Assembly: GCA_900540385.1 (NCBI GenBank) | Contig: UQFY01000001.1 | Location: forward strand, 11,344 to 75,343 | DNA length: 64,000 bases | Source: an uncultured Mollicutes bacterium | Lineage (GTDB): Bacteria; Bacillota_I; Bacilli_A; RFN20; CAG-826 | Reading direction: 5' to 3' | In this document: positions 20,528 to 30,375 of the stretch, piece by piece | How the letters are laid out: each line of letters opens with the position of its first letter | How positions within the stretch are numbered: the stretch's first letter is position 1 | Translations under genes and position numbers: made by a program | The notes under the pieces: model-generated | What the model was told of the DNA's origin: nothing | The model's database searches: none | The model's input: only the letters and a program-made list of their open reading frames with translations

Positions 20528-21127
20528 ATGGCAGATTTACAGGCGATTTTTGATAGTTGTAGGGAGGCGTATAAAGAAAGCCACTTTAAGATTAGTGCGA
20601 TGGGAGAGTGGCTTAGCGAACGTTTGGACAATGGGAAAAAGGAAAGATTTAATTCGGAGCTTCTTTGTAGGAACTTTGATATCGTTCTTCAGTTCTCTTT
20701 GTTACAAATTGCGGTCACAGATAATGATTTAGACTCAAAAGAAGTGGTTTTCATTCGGGAATTAACAATAAATGGCGATCTTATTGAGTATCTTAATTCT
20801 CTTGTCGAAAACAAAATTGACTGGGAAACGGTCTATAATGCAGACGTTTTCGAATTGAAGAGATTACTTAAAGATGTTGAACCGCTTATAGAAAGTTTGA
20901 GTAATGATCTCGCTACCGCTTTTGCTATTTGTGATGCAAGTACTGTTCATAATTACGTATCTGATTTGAAAACGTCGATTTTCGTCATCGTCAATGGCTT
21001 AGGCAAAATGGATGGTGATTTCTCCTATTTAGAGCAACATGCCGATTGTCTTGTTATCCGTTTGGCTTCAGAAATTGAAAGAAGAAAACAAAAACTGAAA
21101 ATACAATTCCCGGAAGACTTTAATTAA
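20528..21127 (+). CDS. hypothetical protein
   Basis: 199-aa ORF with SD aaaggaaaaa upstream; no recognisable motif. Confidence 0.45.
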   Translation: MADLQAIFDSCREAYKESHFKISAMGEWLSERLDNGKKERFNSELLCRNFDIVLQFSLLQIAVTDNDLDSKEVVFIRELTINGDLIEYLNSLVENKIDWETVYNADVFELKRLLKDVEPLIESLSNDLATAFAICDASTVHNYVSDLKTSIFVIVNGLGKMDGDFSYLEQHADCLVIRLASEIERRKQKLKIQFPEDFN

Positions 21128-21273
21128 GGAAAAGTTTTATGGATAAAGCAACATTACAACAACTTAGTTATGCGAAGGGGTTTTGGAATTCCTGGATAAA
21201 TAAAGGTCCTGGAGTTTGAAGTGAGACCCAAATGGTGGATTTGCTTCTAATATCCCAGTTGAACAAAGGGTTT

Positions 21274-22626
21274 TTAATCGTTTATCGGCACAAAAGTTTT
21301 CATCATTCTTTTTAACAAAAATGTGCAGAAATATGGAAAAGTGTATATATGTTCGTTGTAACCGATATTGTTTGCTGATAATTTGAAACCGTATGCAATG
21401 TCCGGATATTCGTTAGAAGAGATCAATGTTCTTAAAGACTTTGAATGGCCGCCTTTTGCTTTTACTTCGATAGGTATCAGATTATTTGCCGTACGAATGA
21501 AGAAGTCTTCTTCTAATGTTCCATTCTCTTTTTTGTAGTAGTAGAGCTTGTAACCGGATTTAACTAACGCTTCAGCGACGATGTTTTCATAAAGCGCACC
21601 TTTATAAACACCAAGATTTTTATTTGCTCGCAAATCTTCTTGCGATTCTTCATCTAAGAGCGAAACAAGCAAACCCGTATCAGAGAAATACAACTTATAT
21701 TTGTCAATATCGCAATTCCCTGAGAGGGGTAATTCCGCCACATTCAAACAATAACACGCGTTGATGACTCCTGCGTCTACAAGCCATTCGGTGCAACCAC
21801 GATAATCACGGAATTTCGCATTTTTTTCGACTTTCGAAATCTGGAATTTTTTGTTTTCCTTCGCTAATTGAGACGGAACACTATTGAAAACGTTTAATAT
21901 TCTTGTTTGATCAATCCCCTCTGCATATTTCCTTATGTCTTCTTTATAGTCGGCTATAAGCTGATGTTGGGTATCGAGAGAGCCTTCAAAAGTCCCTTTC
22001 TCTATATATTCTTTTATAACTGCAGGCATTCCGCCAAGAATCACGTAGTCTAGGAAAATCCCATGAAATAGGGACATTTCAAGTTCACTAAAAGGAGTAA
22101 GTGTTTTCATGTGCGAAAGAATATCTTCTATTGTTGCTTCGCTATAACCCTTCGCCCATAGAAATTCTTCGAAATCCATTGAATACATCTCGTAGTCAGT
22201 CTTATATCCAACGCTGTTACTTTCAATCTTTTTGTAATTTATTCCAAGCATAGAGCCGCTGCAAATAACGTCAAAACGCCCATCTTCCTTAAAGAACTTC
22301 AAAGAAGTTGCAATATCGGGAAAATCGCTTATTTCATCAAAAAATATTAATGTTTTCCCAGGTATAAAGGATTTAGAAGGGTCCAGCAATGAAATATTTT
22401 TTATGATTGCTGAAGCGCTATACCCATCTAAGGTTATTTTTTTATACTTTTCGTCTTTTACGAAATTGATTTCAATGACACTTTGATAACCTGCCACTTT
22501 GGCAAAATGCCTAATGGATTCGGTTTTACCTACTTGTCGGCATCCCTTGACTATTAAAGGCTTTTTGTCTTTGTCTTCCTTCCATTTTAAAAGAAAGCCA
22601 TCTATCTTACGTTTTAAATAGGCCAT
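21274..22626 (-). CDS. AAA+ ATPase with DUF4143 C-terminal domain (COG1373 family), paralog 1
   Basis: P-loop LIVKGCRQVGKTE and family-typical C-terminal IEVK box. Confidence 0.85.
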   Translation of the reverse strand: MAYLKRKIDGFLLKWKEDKDKKPLIVKGCRQVGKTESIRHFAKVAGYQSVIEINFVKDEKYKKITLDGYSASAIIKNISLLDPSKSFIPGKTLIFFDEISDFPDIATSLKFFKEDGRFDVICSGSMLGINYKKIESNSVGYKTDYEMYSMDFEEFLWAKGYSEATIEDILSHMKTLTPFSELEMSLFHGIFLDYVILGGMPAVIKEYIEKGTFEGSLDTQHQLIADYKEDIRKYAEGIDQTRILNVFNSVPSQLAKENKKFQISKVEKNAKFRDYRGCTEWLVDAGVINACYCLNVAELPLSGNCDIDKYKLYFSDTGLLVSLLDEESQEDLRANKNLGVYKGALYENIVAEALVKSGYKLYYYKKENGTLEEDFFIRTANNLIPIEVKAKGGHSKSLRTLISSNEYPDIAYGFKLSANNIGYNEHIYTFPYFCTFLLKRMMKTFVPIND

Positions 22627-22698
22627 TTCTATAAAAACCTCCGAAAAATTCTAAAAATATTATGCTAAGTTTGTAGATAAAAATCAATGTCGCTCACA

Positions 22699-22756
22699 TT
22701 TTCGTAGCGAAAAATATTAATGTTAAACACCTTTTCGTAGCGAAAATAATGCACTC
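22699..22756. promoter_or_regulatory. two direct copies of an imperfect palindrome TTTTCGTAGCGAAAA upstream of COG1373 paralog 1
   Basis: cacattttcgtagcgaaaaata ... caccttttcgtagcgaaaataa read directly. Confidence 0.4.
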
Positions 22757-23013
22757 CACACACATTTTATTAGGGAAAAGATGTGTTCAACTGGTTTTTA
22801 ACTGCCAACTTATGGCGCTTTGTTGGTGAGTTTGGAATAGCAAATCGAATTCGATAAGCTTACGAAGGCTTTATGTTTTGATACTGAAACTCCTTAAAAA
22901 TGTTGTGGCAATTTTGGGAATTTCTTAAAAAATTGCTACATTCATGGGAAATCGTCTAAATGCTAACTGAAAGCCTTATGAGACTTATTGTGAAATAAAA
23001 CGTCCATCGGGAA

Positions 23014-24057
23014 TCAGTCTTTCTGTTGCTCTTCCATGCCTGCTGAAGCAGTCTTTTGTTCTTCGACAAACTTCTCAGCTTTTTTCTTTGTTTGCTCAGG
23101 AACGTGATATTCTTTCTTCTTCTTTTCTTCTACGACAACACGGTCATAGTCGAAATCGATACCGTTTTTCAAGAAAATCTGATGGTATTCTCTTAAGATA
23201 TCTCTTTGCACTTGGAAACGGTCCTCTTCTTTGCATTTAGCAAGGATCTTTAATACGGCATTGCTTGCTTTGTATTCGGAAACGCCTTTGTAGAAAGGCC
23301 CTTCAATGATTTCAGGGATCTTTTCCTTCATGGCAGGAAGGTTCTCTTTCAATATTTTCTCTACCAATTCGATAGGGACATCATAGCTGACTTCACAATC
23401 TACGACTGCTAAGGATAATTCACGAGAAAGATTAACGACATTCTTAATGTCAGAATTGTTGATGATTTTGATATTTCCAGCAGCATCCGTAATTTTTGTG
23501 GCGCGGATACCAATTTCCGTTACGGTTCCTCTAAAACCATCGATGGATACAATCTCACCAACGTTATACTCATTTTCAAAGATGATGAAAACGCCAGCGA
23601 TAATATCAGCGATAAGCGATTGGGCTCCAAGACCTATGATCAGGGTGATAACACCAACCGATTCCCAAATAGCTCTTGTATTCACGCCGAAAGCATTCAA
23701 GATAAGGAAGAAGAGGGCAATTGCACTTCCGTATTTGATAAGGCCATCCAATAGAGTGATAACGGTCTTGGCACGATCAGAGCGTTGCATGATGTTTTTA
23801 AAAATCATTCGAATTAGCTTAGATAAAGCGATAACGATAACAATTAAGATCAAGCAATGGATGAAAACCTTGTAGTTTGCTTGTAACATCCCTGGGATTG
23901 CGCTTAGGTCTATGACGTTTTCTTTTGACCAAGGGACGAAACCGTTCTCTGGTGGCAAAGCCAATTGCAAAATGCAAATCAAAACAAATAGAAATAAGAT
24001 TGCACTTAGCAATATCGTCGAGATCCATTTCGACACCTTTCTCTTTTTCTTTTCCAT
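23014..24057 (-). CDS. small-conductance mechanosensitive channel (MscS family)
   Basis: TM helices followed by MscS beta-domain GEIVSIDGFRGTVTEIGIRATKITDAAGNIKIINNSDI. Confidence 0.85.
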   Translation of the reverse strand: MEKKKRKVSKWISTILLSAILFLFVLICILQLALPPENGFVPWSKENVIDLSAIPGMLQANYKVFIHCLILIVIVIALSKLIRMIFKNIMQRSDRAKTVITLLDGLIKYGSAIALFFLILNAFGVNTRAIWESVGVITLIIGLGAQSLIADIIAGVFIIFENEYNVGEIVSIDGFRGTVTEIGIRATKITDAAGNIKIINNSDIKNVVNLSRELSLAVVDCEVSYDVPIELVEKILKENLPAMKEKIPEIIEGPFYKGVSEYKASNAVLKILAKCKEEDRFQVQRDILREYHQIFLKNGIDFDYDRVVVEEKKKKEYHVPEQTKKKAEKFVEEQKTASAGMEEQQKD

Positions 24058-24069
24058 ATCATTTACCTC

Positions 24070-26229
24070 CTATGCATTGATATTGAAATTGTATGTTTTA
24101 TATCGATTACCCTTCATCTCACACTCGGTTGAATAGGACGCATAATTGCCATCATATAAAGTCATACTCAACGTCATCTGTTTTCCTAGGACATTTCCAG
24201 GAACAAGAGACATATAGGAACCAGCATGTTCTACGTACTCATTAAAGTAATAATAAATTCCATCGATTAAAAGTTCGTTCTTGATGAAATAGTTTGAATG
24301 GTTATAGACGATAATCTTAGTGGAATTACTTGTTTCATCGTAACTTGCCTCGTAACGAACGGGTTCGTTATCTTTTAGCCTTAAAGAACCCGAAGGTATC
24401 TCTTTACTCATCTGATAGGTGATTCCGTCCTTTTCGTAATTTATAAAATATATTGGGCGATAATCAAGGGCTGGCAAATCTTCCATAATGGAATAGGTAC
24501 CTGTCGTTTTGCTATGTATGGCATTGGAATATTTCTTTTCGCCAGTGGTGGGATCTTCAGTGACTCCTTCATATAGCATCGTGTCTAAATAAATATTTGG
24601 ATCAGAAGAAGAGAAACCAACCTTTCGATAGACATTAACCGTATCATCATCGTTATAGGTGACGACAAAGTCATTCGGATTGACATAATCAGAGATTGTC
24701 GGTTCAACATACGTGCTACGGATTTCACTTACACCAAGGATTGTATAATCCGACACTTTCTTCCATTCGTTTCCATCCGGAGAGAGGATAGCAAGGGAAA
24801 GAGTATCCCCATCGGCAGATGGCACCTTCTTTAGATAATAAGAGTCCGTTAATGCGAATTTTTCATCGATTGTTCGATCTTGGTTATAAATAGCAATGGA
24901 ATAATCATTCGGAAGAAGATAATCGAATTCAAAACTCAAAGGAATGTAATCAGTTCCTACCTCTGTCAAATCTGCACGTAATGATGTGACATTGAGGTGA
25001 TATTGCAAATTGTAGGTGTTCTCAATAATAGGCACTTTATGTGCATAACTATCTAAGCTGTTATCTTGGAACTCTAATTCACCAGATAAAACAAGGTTTC
25101 CGATTTCACCTTCATACTCGTCTAAGACAATTGTTCCAGCTTTCTCCAAATTTTGAATTGTTTTCTTTTTCTTTCCTGCCCCATTATCTAAAGTGAGATA
25201 TAAGCAAAAAGAAGAAAACTCATAAATGGTGTCAAAAAAATAGGGCAAAGTGAAGTTTTGACCATCAAAACCAAATGTATTGTCAAAAGAAAGGCGAGGA
25301 AATGAGACTACGCTATAATCGGATGCCATATATTGCTCAGAAATAATTTCTTCATAGGCAAAATAAGAAATATTTTTATAAGCCAAAAAGAGATCCTGAC
25401 CGTATGGGACATGCAATTTCACTAAAGGGTCCGTTCCTTTATAGCTATCTAACACTTCGCCTTCTCTTGTAACAGCGGAAACCTCATATTGGAAAACATC
25501 TGGATAAGGACTTTGATATCCCGTATTAATTTCGACTTCATACGTATCTGTTTCGGTAAACGTTATCTTTGTTTCTGTTGGTTTTAGTTTTTGATAGTTC
25601 CCTTGGTAGCCTTGATCAAGATTAAACGGAATCAAAGAAGAGGAATAAATGACGTTTTCTTTTTCCTCCTCCGAATAGGAAAGAAGTGTATAGCGATAGG
25701 ATTCAAGACCATAGATTGCTTCCACATAAAAAGAAAAATGCGTATCGGTAAAGACTAAATCTGTATAGTATTCTTCTTTTCTCTCGTCTTTTCCGTATTC
25801 TTCCACCAATGCGCAATAACGGGAAACCTCATCACCAATCTCCATTTCTCCTTCGATAGAAATCTGATGAAAAGAAGTCTTATCAACCAAAGAGTCTGCA
25901 ATTAAAGTTCCAAACGGATTTTTCTCTTTAATTACTTCAGGTACAAATCCAAGGACGGTAGCGGAAACGACGGCAACTGCAGCCGTGGTAACAACCGTTG
26001 AAGTATGGGAAACAATCTTATCTTTTAGTTTATCGAACTTACTAAGCCCCTCTTTTTCTTCTTTCTTAGGAGGCTCTTCCCCTAAAGAGATTTCTTTTAC
26101 GTCAAAATCCTCTTTAGCTTCGTTTTTTAACTCTAGCGTTTTGTAATCTTCCGCAGGAAAAAGGGAATATTCTTCACATACGTTCTCTTCGTTGCCCGAA
26201 AAGATTTCAGAATCCCCTTTGCTTTTCAT
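24070..26229 (-). CDS. single-pass membrane-anchored protein with large Tyr-rich extracytoplasmic domain, unknown function; co-oriented immediately upstream of MscS gene
   Basis: 719-aa ORF, one TM segment (TVVTTAAVAVVSATVLGFV) after an acidic N-terminus. Confidence 0.55.
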   Translation of the reverse strand: MKSKGDSEIFSGNEENVCEEYSLFPAEDYKTLELKNEAKEDFDVKEISLGEEPPKKEEKEGLSKFDKLKDKIVSHTSTVVTTAAVAVVSATVLGFVPEVIKEKNPFGTLIADSLVDKTSFHQISIEGEMEIGDEVSRYCALVEEYGKDERKEEYYTDLVFTDTHFSFYVEAIYGLESYRYTLLSYSEEEKENVIYSSSLIPFNLDQGYQGNYQKLKPTETKITFTETDTYEVEINTGYQSPYPDVFQYEVSAVTREGEVLDSYKGTDPLVKLHVPYGQDLFLAYKNISYFAYEEIISEQYMASDYSVVSFPRLSFDNTFGFDGQNFTLPYFFDTIYEFSSFCLYLTLDNGAGKKKKTIQNLEKAGTIVLDEYEGEIGNLVLSGELEFQDNSLDSYAHKVPIIENTYNLQYHLNVTSLRADLTEVGTDYIPLSFEFDYLLPNDYSIAIYNQDRTIDEKFALTDSYYLKKVPSADGDTLSLAILSPDGNEWKKVSDYTILGVSEIRSTYVEPTISDYVNPNDFVVTYNDDDTVNVYRKVGFSSSDPNIYLDTMLYEGVTEDPTTGEKKYSNAIHSKTTGTYSIMEDLPALDYRPIYFINYEKDGITYQMSKEIPSGSLRLKDNEPVRYEASYDETSNSTKIIVYNHSNYFIKNELLIDGIYYYFNEYVEHAGSYMSLVPGNVLGKQMTLSMTLYDGNYASYSTECEMKGNRYKTYNFNINA

Positions 26230-26523
26230 GCTGTCTTCACTTTATCGAAAAAGGAGAAGATATTCAAAACAAAATATTTGTTTTCTACGAAATATTTGCG
26301 AGTTCTTCATTTACTACATCATTTCATAGTGAAATGGAATTTTTTGGAAAAGCCCGTTTTTAGATGCCATATTTGTTTGGAAAAGTCTCAAAAAGGATAT
26401 AAAAACATATTGGAAAAATCCCAATGAAAGTCTGGTTATTTTATCGATTGCTGTGGGATAGAGGTCTTGCGAATCAAAGTTAGGAGTGGATTTGGAGAAA
26501 GTCATCTTTAGAGAAATACAGAC

Positions 26524-26778
26524 TTATTTGGCTAATTCCTCATAGGCTTTGCGATACTTTTTCTCCGATTCTTCCGACAATTTTTCGAGAGTTTTCCTAT
26601 CCATGTATTGGATATTGGGATTCTTGGTGATTTTGAAAGGGATGCTTTGTTCTCTAAGAGCTTGTTTGACGAACATATTGAAGGCTGCATTCATTGTGAG
26701 ACCAAATTCCGAGAATAGTTTCTCTGCCTGTTCTTTATCATTGGCGTCCATTCTAATTGTTACGTTTACGCTTGCCAT
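26524..26778 (-). CDS. RelB/DinJ-family type II antitoxin (apparently orphan)
   Basis: MASVNVTIRMDANDKEQAEKLFSEFGLTMNAAFNMFVKQALREQSIPF matches DinJ pattern; ORF 26314..26505 in toxin position shows no RelE/YafQ features. Confidence 0.65.
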   Translation of the reverse strand: MASVNVTIRMDANDKEQAEKLFSEFGLTMNAAFNMFVKQALREQSIPFKITKNPNIQYMDRKTLEKLSEESEKKYRKAYEELAK

Positions 26779-27016
26779 AGCTAATATCTCCTTTTTCTAG
26801 ATACATTATACCAGTTGATTGAAAAGGAACAAATAAAAAAGAAGTGCAACATACGTGCAAAACAAATGCTTTCGCTAAAAAGTGTAGCATCGGAACAACA
26901 AACGTCATCACTTTCGTTGTTATAAAAACAGCGATTAAAACACTAGTCGACCAGTGTTTTCATCGGAAAATATATAAAAAGCTTACTAACGGATAATTTT
27001 GACGGGAGGCTAATAA

Positions 27017-27241
27017 ATGTATTTAAAACGAGAAATCGATCTTCTTTATGTGGATGAGGATGCCATTTATCCTATCGAAGTCAAAAAAGGCGAAGCACCA
27101 AATAAACGGACAAAGAACTTTAACGTTCTGTCGAAATACCATATGGAGATAAAATCAGGACTGGTGGTGGATTGTTACGATAAAATACGTCCAATTAACG
27201 AAAAAGCCTATACTTTCCCTGTTTATCTGTTAGGAGCATAA
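27017..27241 (+). pseudogene. C-terminal fragment of a COG1373 (DUF4143) ATPase
   Basis: 74-aa ORF EIDLLYVDEDAIYPIEVKKGE... corresponds to the family C-terminal IEVK box only. Confidence 0.5.
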
Positions 27242-27396
27242 ACATGAAATGAGCTAAATGGCTTTAAATGACATCGCTCTTTTGAAATGGAGAATAGAGA
27301 TATTTTGGTGGTTCATCTCCTTTGCTAATGAATGCCATGTAACTATGTGTCACGTTGTCCATAGGAGAAAAATTTATTTGCTTGCTTGAATGTCCT

Positions 27397-27427
27397 AACT
27401 AAAATTTTTGCAAGTCCTTGCACATTT
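27397..27427. repeat. CTAACTAAAATTTTTGCAAGTCCTTGCA motif, copy downstream of COG1373 paralog 2 (internal palindrome TGCAAG-N2-CTTGCA)
   Basis: Read directly; two further copies at 28725-28757 and 28790-28822. Confidence 0.8.
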
Positions 27428-27462
27428 AAAATTTAGAAATCGATAGGATTATAAGCGAATTT

Positions 27463-28713
27463 CTAGGATTTTATGGAATCCGGATCGATAAGGAATTCCT
27501 TCAAACCTAGGAAGAGAGTTCCCTTATCGTCTTTCCATTTCTTGATGTTATTTCTTACGACGATGATCTTTTTGAAACTGTCGTTGATGTGTAGCAATGA
27601 TTTTTCTTCCTGCTCTCTTTTTCCTTTTTCGTCGATAGTAAGTGCAGATTGTATGTAATATCTTTCGTATCCAAGATTACAAACAAAATCGACTTCCAGG
27701 TTCTTTCTTACGTAGTTGTTGTTCTCATTCTTTTCGCCGATTGTTACAACGCCGACGTCTACTTTATATCCACGGATTATTAATTCGTTGAAGATAATGT
27801 TTTCCATGATGTGATTTTCTTCTTGCTGCCTAAATCCCAGCCTTGCGTTTCTTAGCCCGATATCAGTGAAATAATATTTTAAAGGAGTGTCGATATATTT
27901 CTTTCCTTTGACGTCGTACCGATACGCTTTCTGTAGTAAAAAAGAGTCGGCACAACAATCCAAATACTGCTTTATCGTGTTGGGCGCCACATCGATGTTT
28001 TTAATGGATTTGAATGAATTTGATAGCTTGTTTGGATTCGTCAATGACCCGACGCTCGAAGAGACGATGTTCAAAACGTCTTCTAGAACTTCGGTGTTCC
28101 TGATGTTGTTACGATTGACGATGTCTTTAATATAGGTCTCAGTGAATAGATTTTCTAAATAATTGATCTTTTGTTCGTCACTCTTGCAGGTTAAAAGGTA
28201 AGGCATCCCCCCAAACATTGAATATTCATTCCACGCGTCATCAAAATCCATTTTGCAATAATCGAAATATTCTTTGAAAGACAGTGGTGATAGATAGATT
28301 TGATCACCTCTTCCTCTAAATTCCGTGATAATGTCTGAAGAAAGGAATTTTGCGTTGCTTCCTGTCACATACACATCGACATTTTTAATGTGGAGGAAAG
28401 AATTCAGGACGCTTTCAAAGTCGTGAACAAACTGTACCTCGTCTAAAAGAATATAGTATTTACCATTGTCGATAATTTGATTACGGACATATTCATATAA
28501 ATAATCCGGATTTTGGAATTTGATGTTTGATCTGTCGTCTAACTGCAAGGCGATTATATGGGATTTATCGACGCCGTTTTCTAGTAGATAGTTATAGAAT
28601 ATTTCGAATAAAAGGTATGATTTACCGCATCTTCTGATGCCAGTGATTACTTTTATCATCCCGTTCCCCATTCGGTCGATGAGCTTTTTTAGATAATCAT
28701 TTCTTTTAATCAT
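27463..28713 (-). CDS. AAA+ ATPase with DUF4143 domain (COG1373 family), paralog 2
   Basis: P-loop VITGIRRCGKSYLLFE; C-terminal VDFV box. Confidence 0.85.
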   Translation of the reverse strand: MIKRNDYLKKLIDRMGNGMIKVITGIRRCGKSYLLFEIFYNYLLENGVDKSHIIALQLDDRSNIKFQNPDYLYEYVRNQIIDNGKYYILLDEVQFVHDFESVLNSFLHIKNVDVYVTGSNAKFLSSDIITEFRGRGDQIYLSPLSFKEYFDYCKMDFDDAWNEYSMFGGMPYLLTCKSDEQKINYLENLFTETYIKDIVNRNNIRNTEVLEDVLNIVSSSVGSLTNPNKLSNSFKSIKNIDVAPNTIKQYLDCCADSFLLQKAYRYDVKGKKYIDTPLKYYFTDIGLRNARLGFRQQEENHIMENIIFNELIIRGYKVDVGVVTIGEKNENNNYVRKNLEVDFVCNLGYERYYIQSALTIDEKGKREQEEKSLLHINDSFKKIIVVRNNIKKWKDDKGTLFLGLKEFLIDPDSIKS

Positions 28714-28724
28714 GGCCTTCTCCT

Positions 28725-28822
28725 AACTAAAAATTTTGCAAGTTCTTGCATAAATATTATACAGCATGACGTTGATAGTAACGATTAATAAATAAAACTT
28801 TTGCAAGTTCTTGCATTTTTTA
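28725..28822. repeat. two copies of the (CTAACTAAAA)ATTTTGCAAGTTCTTGCA motif upstream of COG1373 paralog 2
   Basis: ctaactaaaaattttgcaagttcttgcataaat and aaaacttttgcaagttcttgcatttttt read directly. Confidence 0.8.
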
Positions 28823-29790
28823 ACCAAAAAGCCGTCTAATCCAAAGAACACCGCAAAAAACTGCTTTAAAAACGTCTAAATTTTCGATTGACCTTGGATT
28901 TCTTGTTTACTAGATTTGCTTTGAGGGCGACATTCTTCTTCAAGGGCTTTATAGCCTAGGGCATGATGTCTTTGACGCTTTGAAGAACAACGCTCTTACG
29001 GAAACGCGCCTTGAAATGGTGTGTAAAACTGTTCAATGGTAGTGAACAATAATATTGTATAGAGACAAAGTGTTCAGTAAAATTTTGACTTTACTAAGCC
29101 GAAGGTTCGTTCATGAAATGCTTTGTTCCATTTCGATAGCAAAACATCTTGCTTAAATCTTGCTTAATATCTTACTTAAAAAAGAAGCTAAATCGTTGAT
29201 AGATTTACAAGTCTTTTATCATCGCCTTTATGAACAAACTGCGCCTGCTAGGCAAATCTTTATTCTCCAAACAAAGGGTTATGAGAGCCAGTTCTAGCTA
29301 ATGTCAGGATAAGCTTGCCATTCACAGTTCTTGAAAACGAGAAACCAATCCCACTTTCTAAGCGTCACGCACATAAAAATGGTACTCTCTTACAAAAACT
29401 CGCTCATTTTTTAGTAATTATTGATTAAAACTCGCTCATTTTTTATAAAAAGACTAGATTTTATCTTTATTATTATTTGCAGGCTTATTGTCCGTTATGG
29501 TGGTGAGCAACAAAATTATTTGGATGAAGTTAAAAAACGGCGTTGATATTAACAAAGGCCGTATTGTGATTGAATGCGAATTAAAAGGAATCGCTAGTCT
29601 TTTAGACAACCAATAGGAATGACAAAAAACGCCATCCTCTCTTCGATAACCATATTCGGTTCCAGTGATGACAATCTTCAAATCAGGGAGTCTCAATGGC
29701 ATTTGTTTTTCTTTTTCGTTGTATTCTTTGATCAATCTTTCGATTTCACTTGAACCTAACTTGAATTCGAGCAAAACATATCTTCCATTT

Positions 29791-29880
29791 CCAATATTTG
29801 TGGCATTTCACTTCCAATATTTGTGGCATTTCACTTCCAATTTTTGTGGTATTTTGTTTCCAACTTTTGTGAATACGAAA
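29791..29880. repeat. four tandem ~23-bp direct repeats (TTCCAATATTTGTGGCATTTCAC x2 plus two degenerate copies), iteron-like
   Basis: Read directly. Confidence 0.85.
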
Positions 29881-29896
29881 GCACTTATTTATAGAC

Positions 29897-30106
29897 GTGG
29901 CCATTCTCTTTGGCAAAGAAAAGACAAGGGAATATTCCGGTATAACGAAAAACTTCTTTGACGAATATTTTAAGGACAGAAAGGTTGCTTGCGCTTACAA
30001 ACTTGGGAAAATCAAAGTATACGATGAGCCAAAGGCTTTAACGGAATTTGGTTTAAGAGTTGCCCCTCAACATTTGCTTATGCAAAATAACTTTACCCCT
30101 TTTTAA
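29897..30106 (+). pseudogene. truncated duplicate of the 3' half of the ASCH-domain gene at 32226..32597
   Basis: Protein REYSGITKNFFDEYFKDRKVACAYKLGKIKVYDEPKALTEFGLRVAPQ nearly identical to C-terminus of 32226..32597 product; DNA 29921-30201 parallels 32430-32700. Confidence 0.75.
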
Positions 30107-30166
30107 AGGATTATTATTCGCACTTATAACAAAAGCCTCCAGTTCCCTCGAGGCAATCTATCTATT

Positions 30167-30201
30167 TGGTGCGTCTGGCAGGAATTGAACCTGTATGAGT
30201 C
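30167..30201 (-). repeat. 35-nt partial copy of the tRNA-like 3'-end element, bracketed by CTATTTGG direct repeats
   Basis: tggtgcgtctggcaggaattgaacctgtatgagtc preceded by hairpin gcctccagttccctcgaggc; reverse complement ends ...GGTTCAATTCCTGCCAGACGCACCA. Confidence 0.8.
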
Positions 30202-30375
30202 CGCTTTATCTATTTGGACGATTGATTATTTGATATACTTATAAGCGCCGTTTTTCATAACCAACAATAGAGTTTCGGTTGTTAAATAGTAGTTTTAATG
30301 AATATCGCATGCAGACTCATTTTTATTTATTTGAATATTAGGTTTAAAAATTTAAATGTAAGGGGGTAAGTGAAT

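Noticed and set aside
29454-29774. 106-aa ORF 29454..29774(-) and a 39-aa plus-strand ORF at 29497..29616 as genes
   Set aside because: No RBS or motif support. The region (28860-29790) looks like decayed non-coding DNA with short direct repeats (AAAACTCGCTCATTTTTTA x2 at 29396-29450); left unannotated.
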